Shown here in pieces: positions 40,596 through 53,639 of a stretch of DNA of 64,000 nt. This DNA is from Saccostrea echinata. Lineage: Eukaryota. The stretch is from the NCBI RefSeq assembly GCF_033153115.1, contig NW_026889801.1, forward strand, positions 5,456,001 to 5,520,000, written 5' to 3'. Position 1 is the first letter of the stretch. Every line of letters begins with the position of its first letter. The translations under genes were made by a program, and so were the position numbers. The notes below the pieces were generated by a model, which had not been told where the DNA came from, made no database searches, and saw nothing but the letters and a program-made list of their open reading frames with translations.

Positions 40596-41385
40596 AGGTG
40601 CTTTGACACAGATTTGAAGTTTATATTTTCTCAAATTTACTGTATAATTTCACAACTTACATGTTGCTATAGCATTTCACACGAAAATAAAATTAAAAAC
40701 TTATTTAACCTGGAAATTATTGAAACTACGAATTTCGGGAGGCGTTTGATTAACACATCCTTGCACTTTCACAATTTTTAACTCTATCCTTAATACTTAA
40801 GAAAAGTAGCAATTCTATTGTGTATTAATGAATAATATTACATCTATAATCCAGAAAATTCAGAGTAAAAATGTGCGAAAGCAAAACCCACTCACTTGAG
40901 CATTGTCAGCCCGTGCTCAATGTTGTGTAGTTGTGTACAGAGTTTAACAAATTGAATACACCCGTGAAACGTAAACTGTTTTTGTAAACAGGGCACGAGC
41001 TCTGTTGTTGTTAATGTTTACGTTTCACCGGGTGTGTTCAATTGTTAAACTCTGCACACACCACTGAGCACGGACTGACAATACTGGTGAGAGGATTTTG
41101 ATGTCTACATTTCTACTCTGGAATTTCTGCATTATAGTTTTAATATTTTTCATTAATAAACAACAAAATTGCTACTTTTCTAAAGTACTAAGGATAAAGT
41201 TAAAATTTGTGAAAGTGCAAGGATGTGTCTATCAAACGCGTCCAGAAATTCAAAGTTTCAATAACTTCCAGATAAAATAAGATTTTTATCAAATTTTTGT
41301 ATGAAATGCTATAGCAACATACAAGTCATGAAATTATACAGAAAATTTGAGTAAATATTAACTTCAAATCTGTGTCTAAGCACCT
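40596..41385. mobile_element. ~790-bp foldback (whole-length inverted repeat) element with TTAA TSD
   Basis: ttaa|aggtgctttgacacagatttgaagtt ... aacttcaaatctgtgtctaagcacct|ttaa; arms pair inward to ~40990. Confidence 0.88.
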
Positions 41386-42253
41386 TTAAATAAAAAAGAA
41401 TAAAGTGCACACATCCGAGGAAATACTCATATATTGATTCTTTATGATCTTTATTCCAATGCCTACAGCACTGAGTTACTTAAACAAGAGACATTTATGT
41501 TTCTGCCTAAATTGTGGTTTTAGGTAAAATTTCTTTTCATCGAAATTTATTTATTCATTTATTTTTGGAATAAGTTCTGTTTTATTTTTCATATATATAC
41601 GGCATTAATTATCGATTGACTAAAGTGCACATAAAAGTAAAGTTTTTGCCATTGTATATATGCATTTAATGTGAGTTGTTATTTAAATGTTTTCACTGTT
41701 TTCTTTCGTCAATAAATCTTGGATCCACGCCTTGGCTTATGCATTCAATATGCCATGTTTTGTGTATTTTGATCCCTGCGCGCTGACCATCGTTTTACGC
41801 AATAGCCTAGATACAATGTTTATGTGTATAAACCGTTAATGAAGACCCACCACCACCCAAGTGATCCTACCTCTATTACTCTTAATGAACACTGGTTTAG
41901 TTTTACTTTAAGATGGACCATTTTGTTTAATAATAATAAGACAGACCTTGGTCAATTTTGTTTACATCTCTATATTTAGAAATTGTGTCATCGTCAGTTC
42001 CTTTGCCAGACCACCAGCTTATCAATGGCAGCTTACACTAGGACTTCACTTCCGGTGATTCAAACTTAATGTGTCATCTCCCGAGGGAGATGACAAAAAG
42101 ACCTGAAGATTTTTTTTTTTAAACCTTGTTTCCGAATCCTATTTGATCTTTACTTAATGTCTGCTATTTATGCTTGTGATTTTCAAATAAAATATGTTTT
42201 AAACTAAGCGATTACTTTTCTATAGGAAAATATAATATAATAAATATATAAAT

Positions 42254-43075
42254 TAGGGATGGCAATCGAATACAAAATTGCTAATCGGTTAACCGCAAGA
42301 CGTTCCGACCGATTAATCGGTTAATCGTAACAAAATACACATTTTTCTGATATTTTATTTTTTCAAGTAAACTCTAGTTATATACACAAGAAAGCTGAAA
42401 AAGACGTTAGTAATATTCTGTTAATGCTTGATTAGAGCGCTATATATTTTTTTTTTTTTCAATTTCGAAAAGCAAAGAAAAGTAAATAAATAAATAAAAT
42501 TTTAAAAAAAAAACAAAAAAAAAAAAAACCATGAAACATATCTCTTAGATATTAAAGAAAGTGATAATGTTACAATACAAGGTCATTGTGCATTGTCACC
42601 ATAAACAAAATATGAGTCTGAACTGTCCCTTGATTTACAATGTTTGTTTAAAAATATAATTTGACAGATACCTGCGAAGGATAGACAGGGTAAGATACAC
42701 ATTGCAATCATTTTTATCATTTAACAGACCCAACAAAGATATAATTAATATCATTAAAGAAATTTAGGACCGGCTGGGTACTGACATGGTGTTTATACAA
42801 CAATTAACACATCGGAAAATGACCAATTACCCGATCGATTTCAATCCTGAGAGTCTTAATTACCTCCAAATCAGCCGAATTAAATATGAAAACGTCGTAA
42901 CTTATCCGTATTCAGAAGGGTTTTTAACATTGTAAATCAATTTTTAAGGAAATGTACATTATTTATTTATTTTTTTTTTTTTTTTTTTTTTTGACTCACC
43001 GATTACAGATTTTCTAACCGATTGCCATCGGTTCGACCGAGTAACCGGTGAACCGGCTACAAATTACCATCCCTA
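42254..43075. mobile_element. hAT-type non-autonomous element with 8-bp TSD
   Basis: tagggatggcaat ... attaccatcccta TIRs; TSD atataaat at 42246-42253 and 43076-43083. Confidence 0.88.
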
Positions 43076-43466
43076 ATATAAATAAATATATAAATAAAAT
43101 ATAATTTAAACTAAGCGATTACTTTTCTATAGGAATATACGTCATTCAAGTACCTTTGACTAGGAAAGTAGAGATGCGAGTAAGTCAATAAAGTTTTTAT
43201 TAAATGACGCAAATTTCCGTTTACAAATACATATCTCCGTCTCTGGACCACAGATTAGTGTGGGCTTTAAGTGTTTTATTACAGTGACATGAAAACCGGA
43301 AGTACTGACAACACTCGGAATATAATGTCCTCTCTATCTAGGAGATACCAAACGATACATCCACTAGTTTGACTTTTGATTTTAATTTGACCCTGACTTT
43401 TCGCTTAAGGTTTCAAAAAATTGTGTATTTATTCTTCGATTCTTATTTTCCTACAGCTTGGACTTA

Positions 43467-46400
43467 ATGTCTACTTCTGGGATTTATATTTTATTTATTT
43501 TACTTTTATCTGACAATGGAGAACTACTTACTGGTAAGTCATTCATATGGAATTTCAGATACATTAGTTACTAATTCTCTCTCATTATAAGTGTACCTTT
43601 CAAGTATTTTTTTCTTCAAGGGCCGGATATTGTAAGAGTCATTATTTGATCTTTTTTTTAAAGTTTAGTTACGTAAGATCATTTAAAACAATTCTGCTTA
43701 AATATTTCATTGTAGACTATTTAGGAACATGTCAGTATAAACGCACCTTGATTCATTTACACATAGATTATTTGTTAGTTTATTTATATAACATGTGTAT
43801 TTTAAAAGTTAATCTAAGAGCTCAAAGTTTTAAAATTTTCATTAAAGTCGTCTTTCTCATGCAGGAGTTTTGCTTAATATTTTCACCTTGATGAGCCTTA
43901 AAAAAAACTTGAATCTCATTTACACATGATGTCGTGATAAAACATCTGTTTCAAACTTCCCCTTTACTTCTAATATTAAATGACGAGTTTTTATTCTATC
44001 ACATTACATTTCTTTTGTTAATGCTACATTCGGGTTATACGAGTGCGTATGAATTTAGAAAATTTACTTTAGGGCGTATTTTTATCATTTGTTATGTATA
44101 TTGGTTACATTTGTAATTGATGAATATATACTTTATATATTTCTTTCATTTACAGCTACTAAAAACGTCGATATAACAACGTGTGATGGTAGTACAAAGT
44201 ATGGCTCCGTGATTATAGTAAAATATAGTAAAATAAAATCTCACTGTGAGTGTCAGATAAAACCTCATTTTGTTGGGGTTTTAAAATTTGCTTCTAATGT
44301 GATTTCGTTTTCCTGTAACACGGAGATAAACATTTTTGAAAATGACAAGCCGGATGAAGTGTTAAGACTTGCGTGTGGTCCAAGGACTTCTGGCGGATTC
44401 AATGTAACCAATGAAAGTGTCCTTTTTATGACATCTAAATACGTCAATTCGTCAGCTGGAACTTTTGAACAAGAGGTTACAATATTTGAGAGTATGTAAA
44501 AGTTGATAAACATACAAAAATACAAAATGATGTTTGCATTTGCTTTGAAAGAAAATGTAGGTGAAAGTATATTTATAAATATCTCTGTGGTATGTATTTG
44601 AAATTGATTTTAGAAGTCATTCATTATTCATCATTATAAAAATAGAAAAAGGAGAATTGTTCGATTAATTGCATATTGTTTAACACCGATTCGGCAATTA
44701 TCCAGCCATATTTCGGCGGTAAAAACGACCATTAAATATATATTACTAAAGATGATCTATATCACAGTAGATAGTTCTGGGTTCATTTCTTGTGAGAAAT
44801 TCTGCCTTTAAATTGCGTATGAGTATAATATTACTTTTTTGCTTATAATACAAATCCTATTCTTAATTATATACCAATGGCCTCAGAATAGCATGTGTAG
44901 AATTTTAGTACTGCAATTCCTTTCTTGTATTCAAATTCCAGACATTCCAGACATATGATACATACTAGCACTGCATATTTTGATCACAAAGAGGCTAAAA
45001 GAAAAAAGTATAAATAAACTTACACAGCAAACAGCAATGAAATAAGTCATCCTAATAAACAAAATGGGGCTAGTAAAAAAAATGCGAATTTAGAGAATAT
45101 CTGTATTAAAGCATATATTTTCTTTACTGTATTTTCTTAGGAAATTGATCAAACTTTATAAAAACAAAGTATGTTTTGTCTTGTTGAAGTTCCACGGGAA
45201 AAATTATGAAAAAATACTTTCAGAAAAAAGTTTCAATGGCACAATTTCTGTCACTTGTGGAGATAATTTCTCAACTTCAATGACAACAACAAAATGGACC
45301 ACAAATACTGATGGTACAAAAAACAGAATAACTACCAACACCGATGTCTCCTTAAAAACAGAAGGAGGGGACCTCCAAAGCAAAGATAAGACAAACTACA
45401 CAGTAAAATGTAAGTATATTGTACATGTTTTTTAACATATTGATAAAATTTGTTTTCCTAAATATTTTCCTCTAAAATTGTGAAGAAAAAAGAAGTTATC
45501 AAGATATTATTAAGAACATGAAAACTGCAATTTATGGAAATTCGTGAGGAATTACTTTTCAAAGATAAATAATTATTGTTTTTCAACGTAGTTTCAATTA
45601 ACGATAGTTGTTTCCATTCATATGTCGACACGATATATCCAAATGAGCTTCAAATTAGAGATATCACAGAGTCTGACACCTCTGTTTCGTATGGATATTT
45701 TACTAGAAAAAGACCTTAAAGATGACCTTACAACAAAGCTTTATATTAAACGTGATGATCGTCATCTTCCCTTACTTATGCAGCAATATACCCTTACCAC
45801 TTGCATATAGGGTTTATATCTCTAAGTTGATTCGATACGCAAGAGCATGCTCGACGTATGAACAATTTCAAAACCGAGGTAAGTTATTGACAAACAAGTT
45901 GATGAAACAAGAATATCAACAGTCTCGTTTAAAGTCATCATTTCGTAAGTTCTATGGTCGATACAATGACCTTATCAGCAAATAAAATCTTACCTTAAAT
46001 CGAATGCTGACTGACGTTTTTCATACAAATTGTTAGGCCATTATGTACACACTGAATTGTCGACGGATATTTCCATCATTTCCCTATCATAAGAAGAAGC
46101 ACACGGCGGGTGTGACCTGTCGACAGGGGATGTTCACTCTGCTCCTAATTTGTATTGTTTGAATGGACTTTTGAGCTTGAATATAATTTGTTATCTCCAT
46201 TTATTTCATTTCAGATATTATATTTGGTGTTGCTGGAACTGCTGTGATTTTATTAGCAGGCATTTTTTCATTAGCTGTTTGTCATTTCAGGTTCTATTTC
46301 ATTATTTTTCTTTCACATTTAATTTAAATTGTTGACTTCTTACCCAAATATATTTCACGTTGGCAAATTATTAATTTATAACTCTGTACATTTGTTAAAA

Positions 46401-46727
46401 TAATTAACTTTTAACATATTTTACTTGAGATATTCTACACATTTAAACGATTTATCTTCCTCTAGACGGAAACAATCAGTCCTGAGCACAACATATCTGA
46501 AAGATGAAATCAACTCTGAACAGAAAAATGTAGACATTTTTAAGGAACTCCCAGACAATCCTCTTTATCACTCATATCAGCCTGAAGACGTGGAAAATCA
46601 GACTTATGCTCAACCCAATAAGAACAAAGAAAAGACCCAAATAAAAGAAGTCCGCAAATCTGTTACGCAAGCAAAATCTGCTAATGAAGATGATTGTGAT
46701 ATTGTTTATGCCAAAGTGAATAAATAA
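43467..46727 (+). CDS. Receptor-family copy D: ~308-aa type I membrane protein with NPxY and terminal ITIM
   Basis: Exons: 43467-43533 (MSTSGIYILFILLLSDNGELLT), 44156-44491 (Cys domain), 45224-45409 (Thr-rich stalk), 46215-46290 (YIIFGVAGTAVILLAGIFSLAVCHFR), 46466-46727 (…ELPDNPLYHSY…TYAQP…DIVYAKVNK*). Total 927 nt, in frame, all AG/GT. Confidence 0.85.
45580..46213 (+). mobile_element. Penelope-like retroelement fragment in the stalk-TM intron of copy D
   Basis: FPYLCSNIPLPLAYRVYISKLIRYARACSTYEQFQNRGKLLTNKLMKQEY; 3' terminus abuts the acceptor at 46214. Confidence 0.8.
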
Positions 46728-46817
46728 TAGAGATTACATTTTAACTTGAAAATGTGACTTGTATCAAAATTTAAATAATCAATTTCAAAATATCACAAAA
46801 CATACAATTTACATGTA

Positions 46818-47490
46818 CGAGGGTTGTCCCAGAAAAACGCGAATTTTTTCAATATTTTTCGTTTCACTAATGTTATAAAGTTAAAACTTGGCATGCACTA
46901 TAATCAACATTTTTTTACATAATTCACAGAAATTTCAATAAAATATCTCTATAAATAACATTTCTCTCTCTGATAAATCATTCATTCAAAGTAGCTCCCG
47001 GCGCAACACCGACGACGTCAAAACGTAGCTCGTGGAGTTTTTGAATTTGTTCAGAAATGGTGCGTCTTTAAAAATTCGTTCGTAGCAGAAATTCGATAAT
47101 GCATTTGATTTTTTTTTAGTTACCAAGTTATCCATTTCACGCGAACTACAGTTAAGAATAAATTAAGGAATTAATTCTTTTAATAGACAATTTTCCAACC
47201 CCGATTATAAAGTCAACTTCTCGCATAGTTAACGACGGTCTCCACGTATGACGTCCAGCTACATGTATAGACTTTTCAGTTTGTCGGCATTTTTTTTTTT
47301 TTTTTTTTGGTCTACCAAACGCTTCTTCCATCGGATAACCAGTCCATCCATCTTTGAACCTCTTTTGCTAGGTATAAACCAGTGTTCGACACATGTATTT
47401 GTATTTGTATCGTTTCCTCGTTCCCAGCTCTTTTGCCGTATAAAAAGGAGTCATACCTCGCTCCACACAGTAATGAGTGATAATTTGTGT
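46818..47490. mobile_element. Truncated copy of the mariner-type element at 23418
   Basis: ta|cgagggttgtcccagaaaaac; colinear with 23418-24400 but lacking the SINE; no right TIR seen. Confidence 0.8.
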
Positions 47491-48997
47491 CTGTGCCAGT
47501 GTGTGATGAACAGAATACACGCAAACAAATTAAATATGATTTTGCAAAGCATGTGTTTTCAAATACACATACTTAAAATATTTGATATGGACTATATCAA
47601 CAGTTACAAGCATCTGACTAGATTTCCAATTAATAGAAATTGTAAGAAGGAACTCATAGTTTCACCTGCATGATACGAGAGATGAAATACAAATATATCG
47701 AAGCTATTTATTTCGGCTTGGTTGACAAGAAGTGCGACATCTATTTTGTGCATGGAAATTTCTGTCCTCTTTTTTTTTAATTTACGCAATGGAAAATTAA
47801 ATCGAAAGTCAAATATTTATTATTAATACATGTTTACTTTGAACAGCAATATTTGGCAGACAAGAAGTTCTTCTTGAGTTCCCCCTATGAAATATATACG
47901 TTTAGAAAGGTACATGAAAAATTCACCAGAAATAAATGTGTTGGCCAACACCAAGAGGACTAAGTAAGTAAAACGTTTTCATAAAAAATTTATTATTTTT
48001 TTTTTTTTAAATATAGTATGACTACATCACAAATGTTTCTGAATCATCATAATGTTACGGGATCGAGATCCGGAAAAACTCTTCAAAAGATGGAGGAGAA
48101 AAAATTGCAAGAGGCTGACCTTGACAGATGAATTGCACGAGGACGCAGTTTTCTTCACACTTGGATGAATATATTATAGTGGGTACAAGCTGTAGTGTGT
48201 GTTCCTCATAGTGAATTCTAAAAGGTACAATTGTCATAATTGTGCGGGACTTCATTACTTTTTTTATTACTCAGTGGACACTGGTTATGCCCATTGAGGC
48301 CACGGGAGTTCGCAATTTTATCAATAAAGTCAAAGGAAATCACTCGATTGACCAAGCCATGCATTCGCACAATTATAATTCGCATTATAACGTACGTATT
48401 AATTGTCAGTGATTTTTTTTTTCTCGAAATCCCTAGTAGGAAGACAATTCAGTTAGACGACAGCTTTTCCATGTAAGCAGACTTAGCAAGCCACTTGTTC
48501 ATGCTAAAAAACAGAATATGGTATGGATTCTCTGTGATCGGGGTGGTGTCGGTGACGATGCAAATGGATCTGATTAGCTGTAACAGTCTTACGTAATAGT
48601 GTACAGTGTAACAGTAATTATCATACTTTGTTGTGACTTGACTTCTACATTTTGATGAATGTGAATGGATTATGTCTTACTATAGCATGACATATTTTAA
48701 ATTAATGGAAAAATGAATTTGTTATTTTGTATCAGTGATTGTGATGTTCATATTATAAAACACAATATAGGCCTATAGCTGTGTTAAAAATATATTGAAC
48801 ATGTTCAACAATTTCAATAAATTTAGACCTAAAAATTATTTTGGCATGTCGTGGCAAGTAAAAAAAAAGGTTATGTGAAAATTTGGTATTAATTTCATTT
48901 GCGGGGGGGGGGGGGGGATGGGGGTATTTTTAATTGTCAGGTATGTAGAAACTAGGAACTTGAATAAAGAGCTTTGTTGCTGCTATTTACTTTTCAT

Positions 48998-49159
48998 TAA
49001 GAAATGAAGGTAATATTTTTTTTTCTTTGACCGACGTATCAAACAAAAATTTGGACGGAAAACGTCATCAATGCGAGTAGCGCATTGATGAAAAAGTTTT
49101 CCGTCCAAATTTTTGTTTGATACGTCGGTCAAAGGAAAAAGTATTACTTTCATTTCTTA
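48998..49159. repeat. Palindromic element (taagaaat...atttctta)
   Basis: ...tttgaccgacgtatcaaacaaaaatttggacggaaaac...gttttccgtccaaatttttgtttgatacgtcggtcaaa... Confidence 0.92.
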
Positions 49160-49969
49160 TCATTTAATTATAAATTATGATTTAAAAATAATAAAATGAA
49201 ACTTTCTTTCATTTTAATATTCATAATTTAAGCATCAAAGACAGTGCGTAAGAATACGTCACAATAACGTTGCTGAAATTCAAAATGGCTGAATGTTCAG
49301 ATCTACGTACGCGCATTGGATTGATGACGTTTTACGTCCAAGCTGTCTATGATACATCGATGAAATAAAAAAATTATAAGATTTATTTCTTATCATTTAA
49401 TATTCATCTTTCAATGACGAGATTTAATTTGAGAACGAATGACTGTCCAATATATAGGTTAGGCCTAACTAAGTTGCCTAAAGTATAGCGAACAAACGTT
49501 TTCAAATATTTTTCGTGTCAATACCAGCTTTTTCTAACAATAACAGTTTTAACACAAAACACTTACCTGTTGTGTTATTAATTTTTGCTATATCCCAATG
49601 GTTATATTCCCTAGTTAAACTCATATCTTTAGGTCCGTAAATGTTAAGGGAAGCTGCTCAAATATAACCTTACAACTCTTTCTAGGTCACAGAAAATTTG
49701 GATTTCATTTGCGCATCTCTTCATCTGAATTTCAAACCGAACAATATATACGTATCACAACCTGTCCATGCATAACACAACATGGAAGAGTCAGATAACT
49801 TTGTAAGAATTCCGTCCTCGCTCAGTGTCATGTCGTTTTTCTTATGCATTCGTTTCCTAAGAATTAACAGATTAATGGCATTTTCCCGCTTTGGTAGCAT
49901 AAATACATTTCTTCATAATTCTATTGTTCATATCAGTTATCTCAAAGACAAATATTTAACATAGGTATG

Positions 49970-50012
<43 letters not shown>

Positions 50013-53000
50013 ATATTTTTTTTAATTTAAGTTTTTCTAGCAGATCTATACTATAAATTAAACTGATAGTTCATAGGGAATGTGAAAACAGTCTTGTTCT
50101 GAGTGGTCAGTCAGTTATTTAGTCCTAACACCAGTGGTCAGACGCAGGCATAGAACAATAGGCAATTAGGACCTATTGTTAAGCTGACCATTGCAAATTT
50201 CATTAGATATATATACAAGAACCTACCCTGGTTCTGCTTCAGTGCTTACAATGAAGTTGATAAAAGAAAAGCGCTGCGCGGATCAATGATTCTTAATCAC
50301 AAGTGGGTCTGAAAATTGAAATTAGATGATAGAGTAAATGAAATTATAATTGAATTATAAAATCATTTCATTTTAAACAAATTCTGTATCCCCATAAAAA
50401 CCATAAGAGCATGCTAATTAATTTTATGACCGGAAATCGGAAAATTTTGTTCTGGTAAGGTCCAAATAATGTAGACTTTCATCAAGATATTTAACAAAGA
50501 GATGATATAGAATTAATGTCTAAAACTGTGTACAAGTAATCAGGCCCTATCTTTATCGTATTTTTGTGCAAGGAAATAGTGTTCTCATCACTTCATGGAT
50601 GTATTATTACATGTAATTCGAAACATCGTTTTAGGGGGTTGGGGGTGGAGGTGGTGTGACGTGGGGTCAGTAGTAACTATTTAAAAGTACATGATCGCGT
50701 GATAATACCGTGTTGGTGTAAAATACAAAGACGAGAGGGGGGTGGCTTATAAACTTAATAGCTTTATTCATTCCTCCAGTCATTAATAATACAAACTCTT
50801 AACAGTTTGAAATATTCATAAAAAATCAATGATTGATTTCACAATCGAAACTTGATTGATTTTTTACAAAATATTACGTTAATCAAAACGCAGATAAGGA
50901 ATCGTCAGAAATGCAACAAAATATAATGGAAAATTGCATTCAAATGATTTCTGAGCCATCTTTAAATTACGAGAAAAGGAGAAAAGAATAATTACTTTCC
51001 AGTGCTGCTAATAATTGTTTAATAATTGTTTCTGAATTCGTTACATTAACAATGAATTATTGAATGTGCGAAATTACATAAATACATAAAAATTAAATAT
51101 CTGAATATGACTTAGAATTCAAATTTTAGCTTCAGGAAGAATAATTTGTTTTCACGTCCCTTAGTTAATTAGCCACTGTTATTTTCATTAATGGCATCAT
51201 TTTAACAATATTTATTGGGAATTGTTATGCTCCTAGGTAAAAAAAAAAATACTTCTTTACAAACATGTTCATTTTATCTGATTGAAAAGCATGCGGGTTC
51301 AATTCCAACTAATTCCTCTTTTTAATAAGTTCGAAGAAAGTCCAAATATATACATTCAATGTGTTAAAACGGACTGACCTTGTTAATCATTCGATGATTC
51401 AAAGTGATAATGATAATTCTGCAGCCACTTACAACAGGACAGGACTTTTTCTTGAAATAATAGTGATTAGTTATCGTTATCTCTAGTACATTGACCGTAA
51501 TCATTACCGTCTGAAAACAGGGGTTTTGAAAGCCAGTAGTGCAAGGTTTCGGACTGGAAAAACTGTTATACGACAATTGTCCCTAAATTCTGTAGACTGA
51601 TCGCATATCTTTAACAAAAAGTACCGTATCTCTCTAAAATTTTATGGGTGAATGTAGTGTGTTATTGGTTGGTAATTAAAATTAAGAAGTTCGAACATGA
51701 TTGATTAAAAACAGTTCGAGTAATTTCAGGTTCAGAAATACCGTTCCCTAACATCCGAAGCAATCTTCAACGTCAAAAAGATGCACTTAAATTTTGATTG
51801 AAGTGGTTTCACTAATTACAAGAATCAAATTCTTTAATTTATCATAAACATTATAAAAAAATAAAATAAAAATATCTTAATAGCTATCATAAGAATTAAC
51901 ATTAGCAAATACAAACAAACTTTAACAAAGTATGCACATGCATATTTATCCAATAGTAATGATTTAAAAAAAAAACTCATGTCTCTAGAAAGGTTTTTGA
52001 TTTCTCTGTCTTCTCAAATAGAGTTGCAAAATGTCACTTTTTTCACAATTCCGTGCCCCTATCCTCATGCGATCTCTTATTTATTTTCTCTTTTTTAAAA
52101 AAAAAACTTAGAAAATTTGGATATAATAAGGTCCGGAAGACATTTCCATGTGTACCAGCTGACATTTATGACTTCTGTGTTTCTGTAGGAGTGACTTCAA
52201 GTTCAAAACATTTAATCACAGTCCAGTGCGCCGTCGATGTTAACACAGCCGCCATTTTTTAACTGGTCATATTTCAAAATGCATATATAACGTTCTAAAA
52301 TTTATACTAATCAAGAAATATGAATTAAAATTTCTAGGAAAGACAGTTTACAGTTTACATTGCAATTTGAATAATATTTATTTGTCTTTTTGAAATTCTG
52401 AGCATTAAATACTTTTTCTTATTTTAAAAATTTTTCAGAGTACTTGTTTTTCAATGCCGAAAAATAATTCAGAGAGATGACAAATGCACAGTTAAAGATA
52501 ATTTGTAGTCAGGGTTTCAAAAGTCAGTCACTTCGAAAAGTAAGGTTGATCATATCTGGTCGATATTGAACACTGACAAGCAAAATACCCGGTGTGCTGG
52601 CATAATAAAGTGAGGATCTTTCCCTATGTATAGATCTATTTACAATGTCATATGCATTGAAAGCAGCTGTTCATGACATTGTAAAGTCATATACTGCAAA
52701 CAAGAGGGGTTTAAGTTCTTAACTCCAAAGAATCTCATCAAGATAAGTGCATGAGGTATAGAGGTAGCGGACATTGAGAAACAATGACGCTGTCGGACGT
52801 CATGAAACTAAACGGCGACAGCGTCAAATGATCATAAAATGGCTTTTCAATTTTATAATAATTTGGCAAATTATCAACGCATCGAGCTAAAATTTTCAAC
52901 ATTTCTTAAACTTTTGTTGTTTTATGTTTCTTATAATTTTTGTGAGCACAGACTACATAAGATTAATTTTATCAGTACACGAACTGCTTGATAACCCCTC

Positions 53001-53639
53001 GTATGTATGTTTATTTAGGTTTAGGCGAAATGTTCATTTTATTTAAAGTCTTTTATATATTTGATATGCAAATCGGTATACATGTAAACGTAAATGTAAA
53101 TGCCTGGTAAATAAATTTTGAAATAATTCTTAAATTTCTATACAAAGTTCGAAACTTAAACCTAAACTTAGAAACTAGTTAAAATTAAAAAAAAGATATT
53201 TACAAATCAAATAATCTTTCACTATTTCATAAAAAAAATTGAATATACTTGCAATAGTGCCCACAACATACTCTACGTGGATGTGTTCGAAGGGTACAGA
53301 TACTTATGTATGAGTGGTTAAAAACTAAACATGAGACAAGTTTGCTGGAACACTCTCCTTGTTATAAATTACGAGGTTTACGTGTGAAGTATTTTATGAA
53401 AAGACCTACGTGACAAAGTTCAGTTTATATCAAGAAGGATGTGTAAAACACCGGAACCTAGGATAGATATTGATTATGAAAAGGAATTTTGGTTGATGAG
53501 GTACATGTACAGAACGCCTGGCGATATTCTGTTTTATTTATGTTAGCTTGTGTTTAAAACGCAATATTTTACTTTTTTCTTTCATTTCTTTCAGTAACCA
53601 CCAATGCAGTGATGTAACCAAACAATTACAGGTTTAAAT

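Noticed and set aside
46095-46140. Possible self-cleaving ribozyme in the retroelement 3' end
   Set aside because: No hammerhead CUGAnGA/GAAA core or clear HDV fold could be identified by eye.
49560-50310. Minus-strand segments bounded by good AG/GT sites
   Set aside because: Stops in all frames and no recognisable homology; a gene cannot be supported.
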